Below are positions 10,246-19,729 of a stretch of 64,000 nucleotides of DNA, piece by piece. The notes under the pieces are model-generated. The model had not been told where the DNA came from. It did no database searches and worked only from the letters and a program-made list of their open reading frames with translations. Location: NCBI GenBank assembly GCA_963794325.1, contig CAWCDG010000002.1, forward strand, positions 224,001 to 288,000. Direction: 5' to 3'. Position 1 is the stretch's first letter; every line of letters starts with the position of its first letter. The stretch comes from an uncultured delta proteobacterium. GTDB taxonomy: Bacteria; Desulfobacterota; Binatia; Binatales; Binataceae. Made by a program: the position numbers and the translations under genes.

Positions 10246-11226
10246 CTATTTCTGCGCGGCAACGGTCGCTTTGTTCGCTGGTTGCCACGTCGTATCCGGA
10301 TCGTACGACACCATTGTGCTGGCTATCTGCTCGGTGTTGGGACCCAGATCTTTTTGATACACCTGACCGTCCTGATCGACGACGAAAGTCATCACTCCTG
10401 ATACGCGATAGTTCACCGGATAAGCCACCAGCGCGAATCCTCCAGTCATCTTCCCATCGACGATATAGCTTCGAGCGCCACCCGCTGCGTTGGCTCCTTG
10501 ACTGGTTAGCATCCGATAGACATAGCCGTGAAAGGGATGCGGTTCGGTGTTGGTGTGGTGTTGGTAGCCTTCGTAAGCCGCTTCAGCGACAAGGGGTCCC
10601 AGCGGACTCTCCGGTTGTGTGCCTGCCTTGACCACCCAAAACAATCCGTCCTGCGTTCCTTCCGTGCTCCGGAACTTCTGAGCGTACTGATGTAGCGACG
10701 CGCCGTCGTGCAGCGTGGAGTAATAGTCTCGCTGAGCATCGGCGATTGCTCCACAGACTTTGATTGCATCTATCTCATTGGAGCCGATCCGCCGATATAA
10801 AATTTCCTGCTTACCGTAGTCCGTGTCGAAATACCATTGAGATCCATTTTGCCGCAGAGGTATAGGAGTCGGCCAATTCTCGGTGCCTATGTAGAGGAAG
10901 GTTCGTCCGTCGCCAGCAGCAGCAAACTGATGCGACGCATGATACTTGGCGGCAAAGGAATCCTGTTTATTCTTGTCGACGACCAGATCGCCGGACGAAA
11001 TCAGGTCCTGGCCGGATGGACCTAGAATCGCCAGCATCGCCGCATCATCATGATTCTGCACGGCCGCGTCCAAAGCGTCGCCCGCCTCTGCAGCCGAACT
11101 GAAGGTCTTCTGGCCCGGCTGTTGTGCCAGTGCCGCGGGGCCGCTTCCAAGCCCAAGTACGACGAGGCAGAAAGACAAGAAGCGGATAGCTTTCAAACCG
11201 GTCGTTATTTTTCGATTACCATCCAT
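10246..11226 (-). CDS. DUF2950 family exported protein
   Basis: QKTFSSAAEA..AL..A, WPTPIPL...WYFDT..GKQEILYRRIGSNE, QKFRSTEGTQDGLFW, PFHGYVYRMLTSQG, GFALVAYPVNYRVSGVMTF, VYQKDLG. Start estimated at MDGNRK. Confidence 0.9.
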   Translation of the reverse strand: MDGNRKITTGLKAIRFLSFCLVVLGLGSGPAALAQQPGQKTFSSAAEAGDALDAAVQNHDDAAMLAILGPSGQDLISSGDLVVDKNKQDSFAAKYHASHQFAAAGDGRTFLYIGTENWPTPIPLRQNGSQWYFDTDYGKQEILYRRIGSNEIDAIKVCGAIADAQRDYYSTLHDGASLHQYAQKFRSTEGTQDGLFWVVKAGTQPESPLGPLVAEAAYEGYQHHTNTEPHPFHGYVYRMLTSQGANAAGGARSYIVDGKMTGGFALVAYPVNYRVSGVMTFVVDQDGQVYQKDLGPNTEQIASTMVSYDPDTTWQPANKATVAAQK

Positions 11227-11260
11227 TGAATGAAGCATTGCTTTTTCTAGACGTCGACGA

Positions 11261-11698
11261 TTAGTGGCCATGATCGCTGCCTCCCTCATGTCCGGCTTCG
11301 GCTCCGGTGCCACCGTGTCCACTGCTCTCGCCGCCAGCATGTTCAGTCCTTCTGGCGCCGCCATGTTCACCGCTTTCGCCGCCGCCGTGTCCTCCGCCGT
11401 CATAGCTGGTCCGGCCCCGGCTGCTATCGTCCCAAGCTTCGTGAGCTGGAGCGTAGCCGCCGAACAGTCCGGGCTGCGGATAACTGCCGTATCCTCGGTA
11501 GACATTCTTCGAGTAGTAGGTGTTTCCACCGTAGCCCGGACTTGAATAGTAGCCCGGGCCTCCGTAATAGCTCGAATTTCCGTAGTAGCCCGGACCCCCT
11601 CCTCCCCAGCCTGAGTCGTAACAACCCGCCAGAAGGGTTGCGGAGAGCAGCACTCCAAGGATCCTTATGTGCCGACTGCCGATAGATCCTTTTTTCAT
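11261..11698 (-). CDS. Gly/Tyr-rich lipoprotein
   Basis: Lipobox LLAG-C; GPGYY repeats; Gly/Glu/His-rich tail (GGESGEHGG). Confidence 0.7.
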   Translation of the reverse strand: MKKGSIGSRHIRILGVLLSATLLAGCYDSGWGGGGPGYYGNSSYYGGPGYYSSPGYGGNTYYSKNVYRGYGSYPQPGLFGGYAPAHEAWDDSSRGRTSYDGGGHGGGESGEHGGARRTEHAGGESSGHGGTGAEAGHEGGSDHGH

Positions 11699-11790
11699 TC
11701 TAACCTCGATTCCGCCCTTACTCGCTGCCTTCAATTTGGCGATCACCGGCAAATTGCGATTCGACGTTGTACCTTCATGAAATGTTTTGG

Positions 11791-11970
11791 CTATTTTTTC
11801 GCGGGCCTGTTTACAACACTCTTTGCCTTGTCGATCCCGCGCTCCACGACCTCTTTAATCTTGCCGGTGGCCTGGTCCAGTTTTCCTTCGTTCCTCAGAC
11901 GCCGGTCATCCGTCAAAACACCAACTGCTTCTTTCACACGACCTTTGATTTTGTCGCTTGTTCCGCTCAT
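11791..11970 (-). CDS. CsbD family stress protein (copy 2)
   Basis: MSGTSDKIKGRVKEAVGVLTDDRRLRNEGKLDQATGKIKEVVERGIDKAKSVVNRPAKK*; differs from copy 1 at 5 residues. Confidence 0.9.
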   Translation of the reverse strand: MSGTSDKIKGRVKEAVGVLTDDRRLRNEGKLDQATGKIKEVVERGIDKAKSVVNRPAKK

Positions 11971-12055
11971 CGCACTGTTCTCCTCTTGGTCAATAGCTAT
12001 TGCTTAGATGTAGTTCCCGACCGCCTCGAGACGCAGATCGTCTTCGGCAGCAAGC

Positions 12056-12217
12056 TCACCCCATCATTCCGCCGCCCAGCACCAGCCAGACCACCAGGAC
12101 GATAAGAATGATGGTCAGCAGGCTCATTCCACCGCCGCCATAGTAACCGCTGCGATATCCGTAGTAGCCACCGCCGCCACCGAACAGCAGGATCAGCAGG
12201 ATAATCAAAAGCAACAT
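12056..12217 (-). CDS. DUF3309-like small membrane protein
   Basis: Read by hand: MLLLIILLILLFGGGGGYYGYRSGYYGGGGMSLLTIILIVLVVWLVLGGGMMG*; GGAGG RBS. Confidence 0.85.
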   Translation of the reverse strand: MLLLIILLILLFGGGGGYYGYRSGYYGGGGMSLLTIILIVLVVWLVLGGGMMG

Positions 12218-12285
12218 AGGACACCTCCCAAATCAGTTATTCTCTTTGCCAGATAGTCGTGTTCTTTCTTCCATGGAAAAGTAGC

Positions 12286-13152
12286 TCAGGCCCTCGCGGA
12301 CAAATTGCTCGCGCGACGAGATAATGGACTGGCGAATCGTCCATTTGCCGGCGCCTTTACCGAGCCAGCCTCTGCCATCGAACGTGTACGATAGAGTTGG
12401 CCGACGTTCGGAAACTGCAGTGGTGCACCAGCTCTGGCTAATGAGTCGCTCGCCTTGCGCAGTGGGACGTTGATCGAACTCTCGAGATTGTCCAGACGCA
12501 CAATCATTTGCCGCCCTTGGCGTAGCAGCAAATGTTCGCGCTCGAACTCTGCGATGTGCTCAGTGACTCTCGGCCGTGACGCACTCACCAGGCCCGCCAA
12601 ATCCTGGTGGCTGAGAAAGACTCGCAAGAGCGTACCGCGGGACTCTTTGACTCCAAAGATCGAACACAGTTGAAGAAACGTGAACAAAAGGCGTTCGCGG
12701 AGGTCGAGGCTTCCTCCGAAGAACCGATACCATTGTGTCAGATTGCTTTCGTGAAATTTTCTTAAATCAGATCTGGGTGCGTCTCTGGTGATTACGTCGA
12801 ATTGGTCCCAGCTCACGCTGCCGACCCTGCAATCGGTATGAGCCTCGCATCGAAAATGCCATCTGCTCACTGGGAGAGAAACAAAATGGGGGATTGGACC
12901 TGGCGCAAGTAACGCTGTGGGTACACGCTGGCCCGCCGGATTCAGGCAAGTGATCTTCGCCACGCCTCTCAGCAGGATATGGACACCTGCCGCGAGCTCT
13001 TTTTCAGGAAAGATGACTACGCGCCTTGTGAAGTTTGCCGAACTGAGCGACATCGCGAGTTCGTGCAATGCAACAGTTGAAAGAAACGAGAAGGACTTCA
13101 ACTGATTCAACAAATCAAAGTCCGTGGGAGCCGCGTTCTTCTGTCTGTCCAT
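12286..13152 (-). CDS. Crp/Fnr family transcriptional regulator
   Basis: cNMP-like N-domain (ILLRGVAKIT...LLAPG) and Crp HTH LSHQDLAGLVSASRPRVT. Confidence 0.88.
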   Translation of the reverse strand: MDRQKNAAPTDFDLLNQLKSFSFLSTVALHELAMSLSSANFTRRVVIFPEKELAAGVHILLRGVAKITCLNPAGQRVPTALLAPGPIPHFVSLPVSRWHFRCEAHTDCRVGSVSWDQFDVITRDAPRSDLRKFHESNLTQWYRFFGGSLDLRERLLFTFLQLCSIFGVKESRGTLLRVFLSHQDLAGLVSASRPRVTEHIAEFEREHLLLRQGRQMIVRLDNLESSINVPLRKASDSLARAGAPLQFPNVGQLYRTRSMAEAGSVKAPANGRFASPLSRRASNLSARA

Positions 13153-13234
13153 CGGCTTTCCTTTTCTGGCGACCAAAATACCTATCGAGAGTAAGGCAAG
13201 GACCATACCAATCGTCCGGGGCTGCAGGATTACT

Positions 13235-13508
13235 TTTTCGGGAAGTTCCGGGCGTTCGAATTGCAGACGATATCACCGAGCCGTTTTTTGCCCCATTAAA
13301 GTGTCTCCTTTGGAACCAACGCCGGGTTCTTTTGGATACAGATGATCAAATCCAAGAGAAGCTGGAATCTCTCTTGAATCGCAGACCGACGAGTTATCGC
13401 GCGAGATGGGTTGAGTGCTTAGGCCGGGGGCAGCCTGCGGTTCCGAGTGTTCGAATCACATCGCGATCTCCAACGAGCGCCTTCTACGTCCGTCGTCGAC
13501 CCGCAGCG
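13235..13508. repeat. conserved non-coding block duplicated at 8115-8390
   Basis: tcgaattg.agacgatatcaccgagc.gttttttgc, tggatacagatga and a ~112-bp near-identical core are shared. Confidence 0.85.
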
Positions 13509-13688
13509 CCGGCGTCCAAGCGCGCAGCATTGATGCCAAAAGGCACAACCGTCCGTATCCGATCGGAACATCTGCGCGAGTTGCCTCTAATCTTGCGAGG
13601 GAAAACGGTATTGGATTTGGGAAGAAAGTGAGGCACAGAACATGCCTGTTCACATAGGAGTAAATCCTTGGAGGATGGAGGTTCTCAT

Positions 13689-14039
13689 ATGCACAAAGGT
13701 TTATCAGCAATCATCATGAGTTTAGCGTTCGCGGGTGCGCTGGTTGTAGCCGGATGCTCTGGGCAGCCGCTCACGACTCGTGAAAAAGGCACCATAGGAG
13801 GCACGGCATTGGGCGCAGGAGCTGGAGCAATCGTAGGTGCCGCCGTAGGTCATCCGCTCGCGGGCGCCGCGATTGGAGGTGTTATGGGCGGCGGCACTGG
13901 CTACGTAGTTGGGAATTCGATGCAGAACCAGGAAAACGCCAACGCGCAGACCCAGCAGCAGGTACAGTCTCAACAACAGGAAATCGAGAATCAGCGCCAG
14001 CAGATCCAGCAGCTCAAATCGCAGTCGGAAACCGAGTGA
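13689..14039 (+). CDS. glycine-zipper lipoprotein
   Basis: GGAGG RBS; lipobox VVAG-C; TTREKGT.GG..LGAGAGAIVGAAVG glycine zipper; Gln-rich coiled tail. Confidence 0.88.
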   Translation: MHKGLSAIIMSLAFAGALVVAGCSGQPLTTREKGTIGGTALGAGAGAIVGAAVGHPLAGAAIGGVMGGGTGYVVGNSMQNQENANAQTQQQVQSQQQEIENQRQQIQQLKSQSETE

Positions 14040-14060
14040 TCGGAATCCGGCAATCGAACA

Positions 14061-14090
14061 AAAGGGCGGCGCCATCCGGCGTCGTCCTTT
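14061..14090 (+). terminator. rho-independent terminator-like hairpin
   Basis: aaagggcggcgcc-atcc-ggcgtcgtccttt. Confidence 0.65.
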
Positions 14091-14349
14091 CTTCTCGCGG
14101 ACGGCTCGAATTTCGACTCAAATAGAGTGTTTGGTAAGAACGTGTTCTTCCTAGCACCAAAGGTTTAGACCAATACGCGTAATTGCTTTGACGGTACTCC
14201 CGCAACACATCATGCTTATCGCGTCGGGATCGAAACATTCTTCGAGACCGAGCTTGATCCAGCCGTAAAGTGGGCCACCCCAGGCCTTCGACCACGATGC
14301 GCTAGACCAACCCTACGCATCGACAGTAAAGGCCTCCGGGAGTACCAGA

Positions 14350-14757
14350 TTGAAATTCAAAGGTGTTACGTTATTGGCGATCGTGACTGCGGCTACTCTG
14401 ACCGTCCTACCTATGAAGCAGGCGTTCTGCCAGGACAGCGCCGCCGGTCAGGAGATGCACACGAGCGGACAGGATCTTAAGGGCGCCGCATCGGCGACCG
14501 GTGAATCCGTCGAGCATGCGTTTCACGGGGCGACTAATCAGATGAGCGATGCGACGCTCACGACCAAAGTCAAATCAACCCTGCTGAGCAACGAGCGCAC
14601 TCGCAAGTACTCGATTCACGTTGAATCGGATCACGGCAACGTTACGATCGACGGCGCAGTAGGCTCACGCTCGAAGGCAAAATATGTTGCTTCGGTTGTC
14701 GCTTCAGTAAGCGGTGTCCGCAGTGTCGAGAACAAACTAAGCTGGCCGAATTCGTAA
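14350..14757 (+). CDS. BON domain (OsmY-like) protein
   Basis: Signal peptide; SDATLTTKVKSTL...IHVESDHGNVTIDGAV...SVSGVRSVENKL. Confidence 0.9.
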   Translation: MKFKGVTLLAIVTAATLTVLPMKQAFCQDSAAGQEMHTSGQDLKGAASATGESVEHAFHGATNQMSDATLTTKVKSTLLSNERTRKYSIHVESDHGNVTIDGAVGSRSKAKYVASVVASVSGVRSVENKLSWPNS

Positions 14758-14873
14758 CTTCGTAAGAATGACCGATGTCGTCAGTCCTTGCGATCTCGGC
14801 GAGGCTGACGACGCCGGCCAACCGATCAACGGCTCGGGCGCGTCGCTGTGACGAGGTGGCTGACTAGCGACCT

Positions 14874-16088
14874 TCAAGCGTTCGAGCTGTTCGACGAACC
14901 GCGGAACAGGCGGGGACCGTATTGTGCCGCCATGCGAAACGGCCGAATCACCCAGTAGAGCGGGAAGAGGGCGGCCGGCAGCGGGATTAGTTCGTAGTCG
15001 CCCATCGTCGGCGCCAGCATCCGGCGGACAATATATCTCAATCGCGCGCGCCCACCCTCGATCGAGCGAAGAGGAACCTCCCACGGATCGAAGTCTGTCC
15101 GCCCCTGCGCGGCACCGCTGAACAGTCGGCTCGCGATGCGCGATGCCAATGCCTGGGCGGCGCGTTCGCGACGAGCTATCTCGACAACGTTCGCAGGAAT
15201 CGGCGCGTCAAGCAGGTCGTGCGCAAGGCAGATGCCAGTCAGGAACATCCTGCGGCTGCCGAGAGCGGTCGCCTCGTCGAGGGTGTCCATCAATGCGATG
15301 CCTGGCCGGGCGCGAATAGTCTCCGCAACATCGCAGATCACGCCAAGCGTGACCCATCCGTGCTTGGCGGCGTGAACGCATAGATACAGCAGCAGGTCCT
15401 CCGGCGCGATCGCGGTCACGGTGCCGAATTTCAGATCGACGGCACGCGCGCGCCGCCACAGCGCCTGCTCGTCGGGCGCGAAACGGAACGCGCGCGGCGT
15501 GATATTCCAATGAACGTCCACCGCACCCATCCCGCCCGCGGCAAAAAACGCGTCCTCGTATTCCTGGAAGTATCCGGTCGCGAGTCCCTCGCGCCTGGAA
15601 TGCGGCGACAGATACCCTTGCGCGCTGAGTATCTCTGCGATCCGGGGCAGATCCGTCTGACGCACCAGAAGATCCAGGTCGCTGAACTGGCGCAGCTCGA
15701 TCGATCCGTATGCCATCGCGGCCAGCACCGGACCTTTGAAGGTGACCGCGGGTATCCCGGCCGCTTCCAGCAATCCCATCAGCCGCACAAGTTCAGCCGT
15801 GAGATGACGGTTGTAGAGGATGATCAGCTGCCACTCCGTTCGGAGTCTCGCCATCGCTTCTTCCGGCACGGCGTCCGGACATTCGCCCTTCAGATATCGA
15901 TGGACCAGCGGGAGTACCGCATGGCGTTTTGCAATGTCGATGACGCGGTCCCAACTTTGGACGCGTGCCGCGGTTTCGGAGGCCAACGCCGTGCGTGCGG
16001 GCGTCGCCGCCGTCGTCGCGCAGTACAGCACAAGCGCCGCTTCAGTGGGCAAGTGGGAACGGTCGAGGAGAACGTCGTCGGATGCCAC
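14874..16088 (-). CDS. nucleotidyltransferase family protein (NTP_transf_5, lasso-cluster type)
   Basis: GIPAVTFKGPVLA..AYG...LRQFSDLDLLV, VDVHW, LLYLCVHAAKHGW..L..ICDV. Confidence 0.9.
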   Translation of the reverse strand: MASDDVLLDRSHLPTEAALVLYCATTAATPARTALASETAARVQSWDRVIDIAKRHAVLPLVHRYLKGECPDAVPEEAMARLRTEWQLIILYNRHLTAELVRLMGLLEAAGIPAVTFKGPVLAAMAYGSIELRQFSDLDLLVRQTDLPRIAEILSAQGYLSPHSRREGLATGYFQEYEDAFFAAGGMGAVDVHWNITPRAFRFAPDEQALWRRARAVDLKFGTVTAIAPEDLLLYLCVHAAKHGWVTLGVICDVAETIRARPGIALMDTLDEATALGSRRMFLTGICLAHDLLDAPIPANVVEIARRERAAQALASRIASRLFSGAAQGRTDFDPWEVPLRSIEGGRARLRYIVRRMLAPTMGDYELIPLPAALFPLYWVIRPFRMAAQYGPRLFRGSSNSSNA

Positions 16089-16191
16089 GGAGTTATCAAC
16101 AATAGCTGGAAGCGATTGCGTCTCGAAAGTCCGCTCGATAACTTTCAGTGATTCTTATAGTCTTCGACGTGGGGCCGCCTTCATCCAGTAA

Positions 16192-16635
16192 ATGACCCGG
16201 ATTGGAAAATTTTTCGCGCTGGCGTCGTCTGATCGGAGGCTGCTCTTGAGGACGATCGCGCCTCTGGTCGCGATGCGTGCCGCGGTCTTGGCGCTGAACT
16301 TCGCGCGAGTGCGGCGCATTGCCGAAGCGATGAGCCGGCCGTTGCGCATCGATGCGGACGCGGCCCGTCCTTCACCGGACAGGATTGCGTGGGCGGCGGC
16401 GACGGCGAGCCGGGTCGTCCCGGGCGGGAGCAACTGCCTGGTCCGCGCGCTCGCAACCGGCATCGTGCTCAAGCGCTACGGCTATCCGAGCGAGCTGAAG
16501 ATCGGCGTCACCAAGCCCGCGAGTGGCCGCTTCGAAGCGCACGCGTGGCTCGAGAGCGACGGCAGCGTCGTGATTGGCGATTTCCAGCTCGATCGATACA
16601 CGGCCATGGCAGCGCCGGATACCGTCGCGCGATAG
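16192..16635 (+). CDS. lasso peptide leader peptidase B2 (transglutaminase-like)
   Basis: NCLVRALA (catalytic Cys), LKIGV, FEAHAWLE (catalytic His). Confidence 0.93.
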   Translation: MTRIGKFFALASSDRRLLLRTIAPLVAMRAAVLALNFARVRRIAEAMSRPLRIDADAARPSPDRIAWAAATASRVVPGGSNCLVRALATGIVLKRYGYPSELKIGVTKPASGRFEAHAWLESDGSVVIGDFQLDRYTAMAAPDTVAR

Positions 16636-16669
16636 TATCACCCGACGCTTGCGCTCGCTTCCGATACCC

Positions 16670-16945
16670 TAACAAAGAGTAGGGATTTACGTCAGTAAGC
16701 CTAATTGGCGACTTCTAACGGTTAATAGCCGATAAAGAAACCATCAATACGGGCCATAAATCCGCTTGATGTATTAAGAATTTTCGAAAACAAGTACGTG
16801 CGGTCCTTCCTCGTTGTGTATTGCGAATTTAACAAATTGTAGGAATTTACGTCACTTAGCCTAAGTAACAACTTCTAACTGCCACCAAAGCAGTCAATGA
16901 GGGTTATAAATCCGTTTGACGTAAGGAAGGCAAAGTGGAATCATT
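16670..16945 (+). promoter_or_regulatory. tandem ~100-bp regulatory units and sigma70-like promoter upstream of beta-helix gene 1
   Basis: Two units aacaaa..gtagg.atttacgtca.t.agcctaa....c.acttctaac...ataaatccg.ttga.gta; TTGACG(16916)-17 nt-AATCAT. Confidence 0.7.
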
Positions 16946-17080
16946 TCGCCTTCGCTCGCAAAACCATAGGTCAAATTTATCATGACGTGTCTAAACCCAA
17001 CGTCCAAGATCCAAGAGTCACGCAGACAATTGCTACTGATTCATCGCAATGGAAGACGAAATAAAAGCGAAGGAGAGCAT

Positions 17081-18022
17081 GTGAGTACAATCAAACGAGG
17101 CTTGCTTATGTTGGCCATTCTTGGCGGTCTGGGCTTGTCTGGACCGCAGGGTGCGTGGGCCAAGACGAAACTGCAGCAGGTCGATCCCATGACCATTGCT
17201 CCCTGCACGTCGAGTACCACGACGCTGAGTGGGAGCAACATTGTCTACACGCTGTCGACGAGTTTCTCGACGACCTTCACCGGCACTTGCATTAAAGTGA
17301 CGGGCAACAATGACCTCGTGATCATCGGTCCTTCGGTCACGATCTCCGGAGCCGGAGCCGGAATTGGCATCGACGTCGAGGGCAGCAACGATCTGATAAA
17401 CGGCCGTTCCAGCACAATAAGCGGGTTTGCGACGGGGCTCCTGGATCATGGGAGCAACAATTTGGGGGACAATCTGAATTTCTCCGGCAATGGAACCGGA
17501 CTGAAGCTGACGGGGACTACACTCAGATACATCAATTTGAATTCGAGTTCTAACACTGGGGTCGGCATTTGGCTCAGTGGATGCGGCGATGAGTGCGCCG
17601 TCTCGGATTTCTTCGTTGGGAGCAATGGCGGTGATGGACTGCTTATAAACGGCAGCAGCCCAGCCGCCGTTGCGAGCCTATTCATATCTCAAGACAACAC
17701 CGGTAACGGAGTCCACGTAGGCGGTCCCTCCGGCGATAACGTCGGTAACGTCTTTATAGATGATGCGGCCCTCGACTCGACACTAGCCGTCAACAACAAC
17801 GGCAAAGACGGAGTCTTTCTGGATGCGAGTGAAAACGGAGCAATAGACATGGTGACCGGGGTTATCTCTGACCTGAACGGGAGCGGCATCGATATGCACG
17901 ACGCAACCGCCAATTGCGGATCGAGCGGTCACTTCAATCTCTGGTCTTCACTCTCTTTCGGTACTTCGAAAGCGGGTGGTACGTCCAGTCCTGCCTGCAT
18001 TCCGAATCTGCCGGCCGAATAG
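17081..18022 (+). CDS. secreted right-handed parallel beta-helix protein, paralogue 1
   Basis: GTG start after AGGAG; signal peptide ..QGAWA-K; repeating N.G.G(I/V).L / GIDV motifs; conserved Cys pairs. Confidence 0.82.
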   Translation: MSTIKRGLLMLAILGGLGLSGPQGAWAKTKLQQVDPMTIAPCTSSTTTLSGSNIVYTLSTSFSTTFTGTCIKVTGNNDLVIIGPSVTISGAGAGIGIDVEGSNDLINGRSSTISGFATGLLDHGSNNLGDNLNFSGNGTGLKLTGTTLRYINLNSSSNTGVGIWLSGCGDECAVSDFFVGSNGGDGLLINGSSPAAVASLFISQDNTGNGVHVGGPSGDNVGNVFIDDAALDSTLAVNNNGKDGVFLDASENGAIDMVTGVISDLNGSGIDMHDATANCGSSGHFNLWSSLSFGTSKAGGTSSPACIPNLPAE

Positions 18023-18035
18023 GCTGGGGTTCATG

Positions 18036-18070
18036 ACTATGGCGGCGCCGGATAACCGTCCCGCCATAGT
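18036..18070 (+). terminator. hairpin terminator
   Basis: actatggcgg...ccgccatagt followed by tt. Confidence 0.55.
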
Positions 18071-18099
18071 TTCACCAACTGGTTGACTGCGTCCGATAC

Positions 18100-18340
18100 T
18101 CGTAACAAAGAGTAGGGATTTACGTCAATCAGCCTGACTGACGGCTTCTAACAGCTAAGGGCCGATGAAGAAGCCAAGTACGTCAGTCCTTCCTCGTCGC
18201 GCGGTGCCGACCTAACAAATTGTAGAAATTTACGTCAATCAGCCTAATTTACGACTTCTAACGGCTAGAGGCCAATACCGGAGTGGTCAATGAGGGCTAT
18301 AAATCCGCTTGACGTAAAGAGGGCAAAGTGAAATGATTCG
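18100..18340 (+). promoter_or_regulatory. repeat regulatory units and promoter upstream of beta-helix gene 2
   Basis: TTTACGTCAA at 18119 and 18229; its perfect inverse TTGACGTAAA at 18309; TTGACG-17-AATGAT. Confidence 0.7.
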
Positions 18341-18469
18341 CGCTGCTCGCAAAACCATAATCAAATCCGTCACTGCACGTCTTAAATCAACGTCCAAGAT
18401 CAAGAGTCACGAAGACAATTGTTACTGATGCACCGCAATTAATAACGAAATAAAAGCGAAGGAGAACAT

Positions 18470-19429
18470 ATGAGGACATTTAAACGAGGCTTGCTCATGT
18501 TGGCCATTCTTGCCGGGCTCGGCTTGACAGGATCGCAGGCGGCGTGGGCGAAGAAACACAACGACGGCGGCGGGCAGGTTGATCCCACAACCATTACCCC
18601 CTGTACATCGGCCACAACGACGCTCGCAACGAGCAATATTGTCTACACGCTGTCAACGGGTTTTTCGACGAGCTTCGTCGGCACGTGCATTAAAGTGACG
18701 GGCAACAATGATCTCATAATCATCGGTCCCCAAGCCACGATCACTGGCCCAGGTTCCGCGACCGCATCAATTGGCATCGACATTACGGGCACCAACGACA
18801 CGATCAACGGTCGTGCCAGCACAATAAGTTCGTTTGGAACCGCAGTGCTGGATGCCGGGACAGACACCTTGGGAGACAATCTCGACTTCACGGGTAATGG
18901 AGTCGGGCTCAAGATGACCGGGCACACAACCAAATGGGTCAACCTGAATTCGAGCAGTAACACCGGTAGTGGCGTTTGGTTCAATGGATGCCAAGATACC
19001 TGCGTCATCAACGATTTTTTCACTGGGAGCAATGGCGGTGATGGAATGCTCATAAACGGCCAAAGCCAGGGAACCGTTGCGAGCGTATTCATTTCTCAGG
19101 ATAACACCGGTTACGGAGTCCACGTAGGCCAAGCAACTGGCCAGGGCAATGGACCCACGATCATCGATGACGCGTCTCTCGACTCGACATTGGCGGTCAA
19201 CAATAACGGCAGCGACGGGGTTTTCCTGGACGTCAGTGAAGCCGGCGCTCTGGATGTGGTCACGGGCGTCGATGCAGAGAACAACAGCGGTATCGATATG
19301 CACGACGCGACAACCAATTGCGGATCGGGTGCCGGCCATTTTAATCTATGGTCGTCAAACTTTTTTGGTACTTCGAAAGCGGGTGCCACGACCAGTCCTG
19401 TTTGCATTCCGCTACTCCCGACCGAATAA
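18470..19429 (+). CDS. secreted beta-helix protein, paralogue 2
   Basis: Aligns along its full length with paralogues 1 and 3 (VDPTTITPCTS...GTCIKVTGNND...DMHDATTNCGS...FNLWSS..FGTSKAG..SPVCIP). Confidence 0.85.
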   Translation: MRTFKRGLLMLAILAGLGLTGSQAAWAKKHNDGGGQVDPTTITPCTSATTTLATSNIVYTLSTGFSTSFVGTCIKVTGNNDLIIIGPQATITGPGSATASIGIDITGTNDTINGRASTISSFGTAVLDAGTDTLGDNLDFTGNGVGLKMTGHTTKWVNLNSSSNTGSGVWFNGCQDTCVINDFFTGSNGGDGMLINGQSQGTVASVFISQDNTGYGVHVGQATGQGNGPTIIDDASLDSTLAVNNNGSDGVFLDVSEAGALDVVTGVDAENNSGIDMHDATTNCGSGAGHFNLWSSNFFGTSKAGATTSPVCIPLLPTE

Positions 19430-19451
19430 ACTCTTCATCGTTTGTCGGCGA

Positions 19452-19482
19452 CCTCCGTCGGATCCACCGGATCCGACGGAGG
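19452..19482 (+). terminator. GC-rich hairpin after paralogue 2
   Basis: cctccgtcggat-ccaccgg-atccgacggagg. Confidence 0.65.
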
Positions 19483-19539
19483 GCCGGCGAGAGTTCCCAC
19501 CCGCAAGATCCTTCGCTCCAGTCGATTTTGAGACACATA

Positions 19540-19665
19540 TAACAAATTGTATGAATTCTCGTCAATTTGCTTAAGGTACGACTTCTAATTACTAGAAGCC
19601 AACGCCAAAGCGGTCAAAGGGAGTCATAGCTCGCTTGACGCAAAGAAGACAATGTGAAATGATCG
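19540..19665 (+). promoter_or_regulatory. single degenerate regulatory unit and promoter upstream of beta-helix gene 3
   Basis: aacaaattgtatgaattctcgtcaa...cgacttctaa...TTGACG(19635)-17-AATGAT. Confidence 0.65.
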
Positions 19666-19729
19666 ATTTGGGTCTAAAACCGCACATAAATCTATCACAG
19701 CACGTCTTAAATCAGAGGAGAATAAGTAA

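Noticed and set aside
10246-11658. 470-aa version of DUF2950
   Set aside because: The N-terminal extension overlaps the lipoprotein gene; the signal peptide indicates a start near 11226.
8030-13590. GGAAC boxes upstream of CsbD and glycine-zipper genes as ECF stress promoters
   Set aside because: Spacing and -10 elements are inconsistent between sites; not supportable by eye.
16670-19665. Repeats as a CRISPR array or MITEs
   Set aside because: Units are degenerate, about 100 bp, with homologous rather than unique spacers; no cas genes or target-site duplications; they track gene duplications.
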